A stretch of 64,000 nucleotides of DNA from Acidimicrobiia bacterium (GTDB lineage: Bacteria; Actinomycetota; Acidimicrobiia; Spongiisociales; UBA11373): assembly GCA_040878325.1 (NCBI GenBank), contig JBBDMM010000010.1, positions 1-64,000 of the forward strand, read 5' to 3'. Shown one piece after another: positions 1 to 7,789 of the stretch (positions are counted from its first letter, which is position 1; each line of letters opens with the position of its first letter). The notes under the pieces are model-generated. The model did not search any database and was not told the DNA's origin. It was given only the letters and a program-made list of their open reading frames with translations. The translations under genes and the position numbers were made by a program.

Positions 1-52
1 CTCCGCCTCGCTTCGCTTCGGCACCTCCCCCGGAGTACCGGGGGAGGACGCT
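1..52 (-). repeat. REP-like GC palindromic element (partial, at window edge)
   Basis: CCTCCCCCGG-agta-CCGGGGGAGG hairpin; near reverse complement of the copies at 32979-33030. Confidence 0.8.
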
Positions 53-132
53 GCCGTTCCTGCCGGTAGCGGGTAGCGACTCCTCGAGGGCAGCGGGCAG
101 TTACCCTCACGTGCCCCCCTCCTGAGGACCTC

Positions 133-969
133 GTGAAGCTCGGTCTCATGTATGCCAACACGCTGGCGGTCACCGGTGGGCAGGTTCGTGCCCAGATCTC
201 GGCGGCGGAGCAGGCGGGGTATGAGTCGGTGTGGGTGGTGGAGCACGTCGTGATCCCGAAGGGTTACGAGTCGGCCTACCCGTACAGCCGTAGCGGGAAG
301 ATGTTGGGTGGTGCCGAGGACTTCGACATCCCCGACCCTCTGGTGTGGTTGGCGTTCGCCGCGGCCGTATCCACCACGATCAAGCTGGCCACGGGCGTGC
401 TCATCCTTCCGCAGCGGAACCCGGTGATCCTCGCCAAGGAGGTCGCGTCGCTCGATGTGCTCAGCGGGGGGAGGGTGATCCTCGGCGTGGGGTCCGGATG
501 GCTCGAGGAGGAGTTCCGCACGCTCGGTGCCTCCTTCGACGATCGGGGTGCCCGGGCCGATGAGTACATCCGGGTGCTGCGGACCCTGTGGTCAGACGAG
601 GTCGCCTCCTTCGCGGGCGACTTCGTCTCGTTCGATGAGGTCTATCTGCGTCCCCGGCCGGTGAACCGGTCCGTACCGATCGTCATCGGGGGACATTCGA
701 AGCGGGCGGCGCGCCGCGCCGGCGAGCTGGGCGATGGGTTCTACCCGGCCTCGGCTGCGGTCGAAGAGTTGCCGGGTCTGGTCGCCTTTGCCCGGGAGAC
801 GGCCGAACGGGCTGGCCGAGATCCCGCCGCATTGGAGGTAACCATGGGGGCACGCCCCGACGCAGCGTCGGTCGAGCAGTTGGCAGCCGCCGGGGTCGAT
901 CGGGTGGTCGTCTCGGCCGCCGCGGGCGCAGAAGCCCTCGCCGGGTTGGCCGCCGATGTCCTCGGCTGA
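133..969 (+). CDS. LLM-class F420-dependent oxidoreductase (Rv2161c-like)
   Basis: Motifs ESVWVVEHVV, DPLVWLA, TGVLILPQRNP, DVLSGGR, GVGSGWLEEEF; GAGG RBS before GTG. Confidence 0.9.
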   Translation: MKLGLMYANTLAVTGGQVRAQISAAEQAGYESVWVVEHVVIPKGYESAYPYSRSGKMLGGAEDFDIPDPLVWLAFAAAVSTTIKLATGVLILPQRNPVILAKEVASLDVLSGGRVILGVGSGWLEEEFRTLGASFDDRGARADEYIRVLRTLWSDEVASFAGDFVSFDEVYLRPRPVNRSVPIVIGGHSKRAARRAGELGDGFYPASAAVEELPGLVAFARETAERAGRDPAALEVTMGARPDAASVEQLAAAGVDRVVVSAAAGAEALAGLAADVLG

Positions 970-1108
970 GCACGGTCGCCATCAAGGGACCCTCGGCGAG
1001 GGCCGATGGGTCTCGATAGGATCGCTTCGGGAAGGTCGATCCGTGTCCGGCGCCGCGCGTTCAACCCGCGGGCGCCGGGCGGGCCAGCAAGCAGACCAAA
1101 GGCGACCG

Positions 1109-2485
1109 GTGCACCCCAGAATCCTCGTCGGGCTCGTTCTTGTCGCGCTGGTCGCGGGCGCCGGGCCGGCGCGCGGCCAATCTGATCCCGAACCAGAAAT
1201 CGTGGGAGGCCGCGAGGCCAGCCCCGACGAGTTCCCTTTCATGGTCGGCTTGGTGAGGACCAACAACCCCGACACCTTCCAGAGCCAGTTCTGTGGGGGG
1301 AGTCTGATCGATCCCGAGTGGGTGCTCACGGCGGCTCATTGCGTCGCGGGCACTCGTGCGTCGCGGATCCAGGTGTATGCCAATGACTTCGACCTTGAAG
1401 GCGACGGCGACCGTATCGACGTTTCGGCGATCTTCGTCCACGACCAGTTCGACGACAACACGCTCGAAAACGATGTGGCGCTTCTGCGATTGGCGGAACC
1501 GGCGATGGCAAGCCCGCAGAAGAACGACACAGTTCGATTGCCGCTGGCGGCCGACGCCGCGTCCTATGGCGAGGGCAAGGAGGTAATCGCGATCGGGTGG
1601 GGGCACACCGAGAACGATCCCCCCGGCACACCCAGTTTTCCGCGCCGCTTGCGCGAGGTCGAGCTGCCGATGGCAAGCGACGCCGATTGCGCCGACGCGT
1701 ACAGCGACTTCGAGCGGCCAGACATGGTCTGCGCCGGCTTCGAGGCCGGCGGCGCCGACACCTGTCAGGGGGACAGCGGCGGACCGCTACTGGTTCCTCT
1801 CGGTGACGGCACCCACCTTCAGGTGGGCATCGTGTCGTGGGGGAGCGGCTGCGCCGATGCCGGATTCTTCGGCGTCTACACCAGAACCGTCACATACGCC
1901 TGCTGGATCGCCGAAACGATCGGCAACGGCACTCTCGGCTACGGGAAGTCGACGATCAGCGGCACTAGTGGTGACGACGTGCTCGCCGGCTCGAGTGGGA
2001 GCGATGTGATCCTGGGTCTCGACGGCGACGACGTGATCGATGGCAAGGGTGGATCCGACGTGCTGTGCGGTGGCGACGGAGACGACGAGATCTTCGGCGG
2101 GTCGGGGCCTGACGTCCTCGACGGCGGTCCTAGCGCCGATGTGCTCGACGGCTCCACCGGTGCCGACATGCTCTTCGGCGGGGTGGGCGACGACACCATC
2201 CGCGGCGGGAAAGGCAGCGATATCGGCGTCGGTGGACCGGGGGATGACAAGATCGTTGGGCATCGTGGGCAGGACTTCCTCAAAGGATCATCCGGTTCCG
2301 ATCGGATCAAGGGGGGTCGCCACGCCGACCTCCTCTTCGGGGGATCTGGCGACGACTTCCTTTTCGGCAATCGGGACGACGACATCCTGATCGGGGGTGG
2401 CGGGTTCGATCAAGCCAATGGCGGTGCCGACGAGGATCAGTGCGACGGAGAGATTCTCGGCTCGTGCGAGTCACCGGTACTCTGA
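1109..2485 (+). CDS. Secreted trypsin-like (S1) serine protease with C-terminal RTX/hemolysin-type Ca-binding repeats
   Basis: Signal peptide, IVGG, LTAAHC, NDVALL, DTCQGDSGGP; many GGxGxD repeats; start moved to GTG 1109 ahead of the hydrophobic leader. Confidence 0.9.
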   Translation: MHPRILVGLVLVALVAGAGPARGQSDPEPEIVGGREASPDEFPFMVGLVRTNNPDTFQSQFCGGSLIDPEWVLTAAHCVAGTRASRIQVYANDFDLEGDGDRIDVSAIFVHDQFDDNTLENDVALLRLAEPAMASPQKNDTVRLPLAADAASYGEGKEVIAIGWGHTENDPPGTPSFPRRLREVELPMASDADCADAYSDFERPDMVCAGFEAGGADTCQGDSGGPLLVPLGDGTHLQVGIVSWGSGCADAGFFGVYTRTVTYACWIAETIGNGTLGYGKSTISGTSGDDVLAGSSGSDVILGLDGDDVIDGKGGSDVLCGGDGDDEIFGGSGPDVLDGGPSADVLDGSTGADMLFGGVGDDTIRGGKGSDIGVGGPGDDKIVGHRGQDFLKGSSGSDRIKGGRHADLLFGGSGDDFLFGNRDDDILIGGGGFDQANGGADEDQCDGEILGSCESPVL

Positions 2486-2492
2486 TCGTCCC

Positions 2493-4091
2493 GTGATCAT
2501 CGTGCGTGGCCTCGGTGTCGAGGCCGGCATTCGGACCCTCGTCACCGACGCTTCCTTCGCCCTCCACCCAGGGGACAAAGTCGGCCTGGTCGGCCGTAAC
2601 GGCGCGGGCAAGACCACCCTCCTCCAGACGCTGGCCGGGCGGAGGCCTGCCAAGAGCGGCACCGTGGCGCGTTCGGGCAAGATCGGGTACCTCTCCCAGG
2701 AGGCTTCCCTTCCAGAACTCGAGTACGCCGACGCCACTGCCCTCGAGCGCGTCCTTGCCGCCCGCGACATCGGGGGAGTGCAGCGCCGCATGGAAGAAGT
2801 CCGGCAGGCGATGGAGTCCGCCGATGGCGCGGAGCGTGATCGGCTGATCCGCCGGTTCGCGCGACTCGAGGTGGAGTTCGAGACCGCGGGCGGATATCGG
2901 GCCGAAGCCGTGGCCCGGAAGTTCGCCTCGGCGGTGGGGATCGCCGACAGCGAGATCGGGCAGCCGGTGCGCACCATGTCTGGTGGTCAGCGGCGTCGGG
3001 TCGAGCTTGCCCGCATCCTCTTCTCCGAGACGGATGTCCTGTTCCTCGACGAGCCCACCAACCACCTCGACCTGGATGCCAAGGCATGGCTGATGGAGTT
3101 CCTCGCCGACTACCCGGGAGCGTTGCTAGTGGTCAGCCACGATCTGCCGCTGCTCGATGGCTCGATCACGTCGGTGCTATCCCTCGAGGACGGGACCCTG
3201 GAGCCCTACCGCGGCAACTACACGCATTTCCTGGCCGAGCGCGATCGCCGCCGCGAACAGCGGCGGAGGGAACGGGCCATTCAGGAGAAGCGAATCAACG
3301 ATTTGGAGTCGACGGTGCGGCGATTCATGGGCACCACCGAGAAGATGTCAAAGCGCGCCAAGTCGATGCAGACCCGCGCCGACCGGATGAAGGAGTCGCT
3401 CGTCGAAGTCGCGAAGAAGGGCCGCTCGGTCGCGGTGCGTTTCCCGCAGCCCGAGCCGTCGGGCCGCATCCCGATCGAGGGGCTCAACCTGTCGAAGGCG
3501 TTCGACGACAACGTGGTGTTCGTCGACGTCGGGGTCCATGTCGAGCGGGGTGAGCGGCTGCTGATCCTGGGACTCAACGGCGCCGGCAAGACCACTCTGT
3601 TGCGCATACTCGCCGGGGTCGAGCACGCCGACATCGGTGAGGTGGTCATCGGCTACCGGGTGTCGGTGGGCTACTACGCCCAGGAGCATGAGCACATCAT
3701 TCCGGATCAGACCGTCATGGAGCACATGCGGGCCGTGTCAACCGACCCGGAGCAGGATCTCCGGGGCGTCTTGGGGCATTTTCTGCTCGCCGACAAGATC
3801 GAGCAGGTGGCGGCGACCCTGTCGGGAGGGGAGAAGACGAAACTTGCGCTCGCCCAACTCGTCGTGGGCCGCCACAACGTGTTGCTCCTCGATGAGCCCA
3901 CGAACAACCTCGACACCCAGGCAAAGGAAGCGCTGCTCAAAGCGCTCCACGCGTACACGGGAACGGTGATCCTGGTCAGCCACGACACCGACTTCGTCGC
4001 CGCGCTTGCTCCCGACCGGGCGATCCTGATGCCGGACGGCACCGCGGTCTACTTCGACGAGTCCCTGCTCGAGTTGGTGGAGTTAGCGTAG
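2493..4091 (+). CDS. ABC-F family ATP-binding protein
   Basis: Two ABC cassettes (GRNGAGKT/SGGQ/LDEPTNHLD and GLNGAGKT/LSGGE/LDEPTNNLD) with a helical linker and no TM segments. Confidence 0.92.
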   Translation: MIIVRGLGVEAGIRTLVTDASFALHPGDKVGLVGRNGAGKTTLLQTLAGRRPAKSGTVARSGKIGYLSQEASLPELEYADATALERVLAARDIGGVQRRMEEVRQAMESADGAERDRLIRRFARLEVEFETAGGYRAEAVARKFASAVGIADSEIGQPVRTMSGGQRRRVELARILFSETDVLFLDEPTNHLDLDAKAWLMEFLADYPGALLVVSHDLPLLDGSITSVLSLEDGTLEPYRGNYTHFLAERDRRREQRRRERAIQEKRINDLESTVRRFMGTTEKMSKRAKSMQTRADRMKESLVEVAKKGRSVAVRFPQPEPSGRIPIEGLNLSKAFDDNVVFVDVGVHVERGERLLILGLNGAGKTTLLRILAGVEHADIGEVVIGYRVSVGYYAQEHEHIIPDQTVMEHMRAVSTDPEQDLRGVLGHFLLADKIEQVAATLSGGEKTKLALAQLVVGRHNVLLLDEPTNNLDTQAKEALLKALHAYTGTVILVSHDTDFVAALAPDRAILMPDGTAVYFDESLLELVELA

Positions 4092-4094
4092 GAA

Positions 4095-4170
4095 GCGCAA
4101 TGCGCGATGCGCGATGCGCGGTAAGTCTGAGTGGCGGAGGCCGGAGCCCGCCTCGCCAATCGCCAATCGC
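4095..4170. repeat. 7-bp tandem repeats (GCGCGAT)n and (TCGCCAA)n between convergent genes
   Basis: Directly visible heptamer periodicity. Confidence 0.75.
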
Positions 4171-4177
4171 TGCTCGG

Positions 4178-4516
4178 CTAGCCGTGAATCTGGACCAGCG
4201 AATCCTGCGCGGGTTGAAGGGCCGTCGCAAGCTCCGCCATGGCTTCTGGGACCACCCAGTAGTGGATCCACTTGCCGCGACGCTCCTTGTCGACCAGGCC
4301 TGCCTCGTAGAGGACCTTGAGGTGGTGGCTCACGGTCGGCTGTGATACGCCGACGTCGTCGACGAGGTCGCACGCACACGCGTCGCCGCAACATGCGATC
4401 AGCGAGAGCAGCCGCAGTCGCGCCGGGTCGCCGAGGGCGCGGAAGCGCGCGGCGAGGCGATCGGCATCGTCGTGCCCCACCGGCGACTCCAGGATGGGCG
4501 AGCAGCAGGCTTCCAT
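4178..4516 (-). CDS. arsR: ArsR/SmtB family metalloregulator
   Basis: FRALGDPARLRLL, ACACDL (CxC box), SQPTVSHHLKVL, RRGKWIHY; N-terminal CC. Confidence 0.9.
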   Translation of the reverse strand: MEACCSPILESPVGHDDADRLAARFRALGDPARLRLLSLIACCGDACACDLVDDVGVSQPTVSHHLKVLYEAGLVDKERRGKWIHYWVVPEAMAELATALQPAQDSLVQIHG

Positions 4517-4522
4517 GTGGAT

Positions 4523-4572
4523 ATATTGACAACTATCGATGCGTATGTCAACATATCGACTACTATCGATAT
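4523..4572. promoter_or_regulatory. Putative ArsR operator pair in divergent promoter
   Basis: Near-palindrome ATATCGACTACTATCGATAT (4553-4572) and related copy ATATTGACAACTATCGATGC (4523-4542) in an AT-rich gap. Confidence 0.7.
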
Positions 4573-4585
4573 AGGAGGTGGGCGC

Positions 4586-4666
4586 ATGGCTCCGATCAAG
4601 ATCACCGGCGACGCCGGTGGCGACGACTCGGATTGCTGCTCCGGCTGCGGCCCCGGCTGCTGCTGA
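4586..4666 (+). CDS. 26-aa cysteine-rich micropeptide MAPIKITGDAGGDDSDCCSGCGPGCC (metallothionein-like)
   Basis: Strong RBS AGGAGGT just upstream of ATG, 5 Cys in the last 10 residues, followed by a hairpin, divergent from arsR. Confidence 0.7.
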   Translation: MAPIKITGDAGGDDSDCCSGCGPGCC

Positions 4667-4670
4667 GAGG

Positions 4671-4704
4671 ATGGGGAGGGCCGGCCCAGCCGGCCCTTCC
4701 TCAT
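4671..4704 (+). terminator. Hairpin downstream of micropeptide
   Basis: ATGGGGAGGGCCGG / CCGGCCCTTCCTCAT inverted repeat. Confidence 0.6.
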
Positions 4705-4798
4705 TCGCCTTCCGCCCTCCGCTTTCCGCCATCCGCAAGAGACGTGTTGACGCATTGCGCATCTCGGGCGTAGAGCAGCGAGGGCGGTACAGCAAGGT

Positions 4799-4886
4799 TC
4801 CGCCTTTCGCCTTTCGCCTTTCGCCTTTCGCCTTCCGCCTTCCGCCTTTCGCCTTTCGCCAATCGCCAATCGCCAATCGGCCAATG
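4799..4886. repeat. Long heptamer array (CGCCTTT)n grading into (CGCCAAT)n
   Basis: About 12 consecutive 7-bp units. Confidence 0.9.
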
Positions 4887-4928
4887 GCCCCTAGGGCAAT
4901 CACCCGGCCATCTGCCACAATCGTTCCC

Positions 4929-7652
4929 GTGGCCGGTTATCCGTCCGACTACGAATTCCACTTGGTGCTCCGTGATGGGGGCCTGGCGTATATCCGTCCC
5001 ATCACGCCCGACGACGTTGGCGCCCTCGATGCGATGTTCCGGCGGATGGGCCGCGCCAGCATCTATCAGCGCTTCTTCAGGCACAAGGACGAACTGACCG
5101 ACGAGGAGCTTCGCTACTTCGCCAACGTCGACTACGAGGATCGGATGTCGTTCGTCGTCGAGGTCGGGGGGGTGATGGTCGGGGGAGGCCGATACGACCG
5201 CCTCCCGGACGAGCCGACGGTGGCCGAGGTTGCCTTTGGCATCGAAGACGCCCACCAGGGCCGCGGCATCGGCACGCATCTGCTCACCCATTTGACGAAC
5301 TATGCGCGGCACCATGGGGTGGAGTCGTTCCGGGCATTCGTCCTACCCGACAACTACGCGATGATGCGCGTGTTCAGGTCGTCGGGCTTCACGATGCATC
5401 GCGACATGGGCGGCGGGGTCTACATCGTGGACTTTCCGGTGGCCTTGACGGAAGAGGTCACCCGGCAAGAGGGACTTCACGAGCAGCAGGCGGTGACCGC
5501 CTCGCTGTTGCCGGTGTTTTACCCGAAGTCGGTGGCGGTGATCGGCGCCAGCCGCGATGACGCCTCGATCGGGGCTCGCCTACTGCGGAACCTGCTGCGG
5601 GGAGGTTTCTCGGGCACGGTGTTCCCGGTGAACCCGAGCGCTCCGTCGGTGAGCTCGGTGAAGGCGTACAAGTCGGTGCTCGACATCCCCGATCCGGTCG
5701 ATCTCGCCGTCGTCGTGGTCCCCGCCCGCTTCGTGCTCGATGTCGCCCGGGAATGCGCCAAGAAGGGTGTGCGCGGCCTGGTGGTGATTTCGGCCGGGTT
5801 CTCGGAGACCGGGCCGGAGGGTGGCGCCCTCGAGAAGGAACTCCTCCAGATAGTGCGCGACGGGGGCATGCGGATGGTGGGGCCCAACTGCATGGGTCTG
5901 TTGAACACCGACCCGGCGGTCCGGCTCGACGTGACCTTCGCCCCCACTTTCCCTCCGCAGGGGAACGTGGGGATGTCGAGCCAGTCGGGAGCGCTCGGGA
6001 TCGCCATCCTCGACCACGCTCGCCGCCTCGACATCGGCATCTCGACCTTCGTTTCGGTGGGGAACAAGGCGGATGTCAGCGCCAACGACCTGCTGCTCTA
6101 CTGGGAGTCGGATCCGTCGACCGATGTCATCCTGTTGTACCTCGAGTCGTTCGGACATCCACGGCGGTTCGCGCGGATCGCTCGACGGATTGCTCGGAAG
6201 AAGCCGATCGTCGCGGTGAAGTCGGGGCGGACCGCCTCCGGTGCCAGGGCGGCCAGCAGCCACACTGGGGCGCTGGCATCGGTGGAGCGGGCCGTCGGCG
6301 CGCTCTTCCGGCAGGCGGGGGTAATTCGCACCGACACCCTCGAGGAGCTGTTCGAGGTGACCACGCTCTTGGCGAATCAGCCGCTCCCCAAGGGCCGCCG
6401 CGTGGGCGTGATCAGCAACGCGGGTGGCCCGGCCATCCTCGCGGTCGATGCGCTCGAATCGGCGGGCCTCGAGGTCCCGGTGTTCTCGGATGCGCTACAG
6501 ACCTCGTTGCGCCAGCACCTGATGGCGGAGGCTTCAGTGCGCAACCCGGTCGACATGATCGCTTCGGCCGGGCCCAACCACTTCAGGGCTTGCCTGCGGT
6601 CGATGCTCGACAGCGACGAAATCGACTCGGTGATCGTGATCTACATACCCACCAGTCCGGGTGCGCTGCCCGCGGTGAGGCAGGCGGTGAGTGAAGTCGT
6701 GGGCTCCGATTCTGGGGGCAAGACCGTGCTTGGCGTGTATATGGAGGCGTACGCCGAGCCTCCCCCTCCGGTCGCCGAGGGGGAGGCCAGGCTCCCGGTG
6801 TACCCCTTCCCGGAGCCGGCGGCACGGGCGCTCGCCCGCGCCGCCAATTATGCGGAATGGCGGCTGCGGCCCGAAGGGGAGCAGGTTGGTTTCGAGGGCA
6901 TCGACGCGGTGGGGGCACGGACGGTGGTCGAAGCCGCGTTGGGACGCTTGGGCGACGGCGGGTGGCTCGAACCGGCCGAAGCCGAAGCGGTGCTCAGGGC
7001 CTACGGGATCCCCACCGCGGTGTCACGCACCGTTGCCACCCGGGAGGAGGCAGTAGCCGCCGCCGCCGAGATCGGCGGCCCTGTTGTGTTGAAGGTGATC
7101 GCCCCCAGCGTGCTCCACAAGTCCGATGTCGGGGGAATCGCCCTCGGCGTGAAGGGCGCCAAGGCAGTCGGGGAGGCGTTCGACCGGGTGACGTCGGTGG
7201 CGAAGGACGCCAGCGGCGCCCTCATCCAGGAGTTCGTTCCCGGTGGCCACGAGGTGATCGTCGGCATGACCGAGGACGAATCGTTCGGCCCGTTGATCGC
7301 GTTCGGGCTCGGCGGGGTGTTCGTCGAACTGATCGGCGACGTTGCCTTCCGGATTCATCCCCTCACCGATGTCGACGCCGCCGAGATGATCAACGAAGTG
7401 AAGTCGGCCCGGCTCCTCGAGGGCTACCGCGGCTCCGAACCGGGCGACATCGAGGCGCTCCACGAGACGCTGCTCCGCGTATCGGCCCTGGTCGAAGACC
7501 TCCCCGAGATCGCCGAGATGGACCTCAACCCGGTGAAGGTGTTGCCCCCCGGCGAGGGCGTCCGGGTGGTGGACCTGCGGATGAGAGTACGCCGGGTAGA
7601 AAAACACTGGCTCCCCAGCCGCAAAGACATCCCCGCGGTCCAGAGGAGATAG
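4929..7652 (+). CDS. GNAT acetyltransferase fused to an ADP-forming acyl-CoA synthetase/ATP-grasp module (Pat-like protein lysine acetyltransferase)
   Basis: N-terminal GNAT (HQGRGIG), CoA-binding domain (VAVIGAS, GPNCMG, SQSGA, VGNKAD, SHTGALA), ATP-grasp (HKSDVGG, DLNPV); the listed upstream extension is repeat-derived. Confidence 0.9.
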   Translation: MAGYPSDYEFHLVLRDGGLAYIRPITPDDVGALDAMFRRMGRASIYQRFFRHKDELTDEELRYFANVDYEDRMSFVVEVGGVMVGGGRYDRLPDEPTVAEVAFGIEDAHQGRGIGTHLLTHLTNYARHHGVESFRAFVLPDNYAMMRVFRSSGFTMHRDMGGGVYIVDFPVALTEEVTRQEGLHEQQAVTASLLPVFYPKSVAVIGASRDDASIGARLLRNLLRGGFSGTVFPVNPSAPSVSSVKAYKSVLDIPDPVDLAVVVVPARFVLDVARECAKKGVRGLVVISAGFSETGPEGGALEKELLQIVRDGGMRMVGPNCMGLLNTDPAVRLDVTFAPTFPPQGNVGMSSQSGALGIAILDHARRLDIGISTFVSVGNKADVSANDLLLYWESDPSTDVILLYLESFGHPRRFARIARRIARKKPIVAVKSGRTASGARAASSHTGALASVERAVGALFRQAGVIRTDTLEELFEVTTLLANQPLPKGRRVGVISNAGGPAILAVDALESAGLEVPVFSDALQTSLRQHLMAEASVRNPVDMIASAGPNHFRACLRSMLDSDEIDSVIVIYIPTSPGALPAVRQAVSEVVGSDSGGKTVLGVYMEAYAEPPPPVAEGEARLPVYPFPEPAARALARAANYAEWRLRPEGEQVGFEGIDAVGARTVVEAALGRLGDGGWLEPAEAEAVLRAYGIPTAVSRTVATREEAVAAAAEIGGPVVLKVIAPSVLHKSDVGGIALGVKGAKAVGEAFDRVTSVAKDASGALIQEFVPGGHEVIVGMTEDESFGPLIAFGLGGVFVELIGDVAFRIHPLTDVDAAEMINEVKSARLLEGYRGSEPGDIEALHETLLRVSALVEDLPEIAEMDLNPVKVLPPGEGVRVVDLRMRVRRVEKHWLPSRKDIPAVQRR

Positions 7653-7660
7653 CAAGGAAG

Positions 7661-7786
7661 CGTCCTCTCCCGGTATGCCGGGGGAGGTGCCGAATGGTGC
7701 CTCTTTCGAGAACCGTCCAGTCCTGCTCGCAGGGTCAGTTGCCCCCCCTTCGGGGTACTCCCCCCGGAAGCCGGGGGGAGACGCCC
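7661..7786. repeat. Composite REP-like elements between convergent genes
   Basis: CGTCCTCTCCCGG..CCGGGGGAGGTGCC on + and GCGTCTCCCCCCGG..CCGGGGGGAG..GACCCTGCGAGCA on -. Confidence 0.8.
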
Positions 7787-7789
7787 CTC

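Noticed and set aside
4664..4704. Selenocysteine read-through of the micropeptide TGA via the adjacent hairpin
   Set aside because: The downstream frame runs into heptamer repeats and is not protein-like; the hairpin is better read as a terminator
4578..4928. N-terminal extension of the 1024-aa ORF
   Set aside because: Translation of heptamer repeats overlapping the micropeptide; the real start is about 4929
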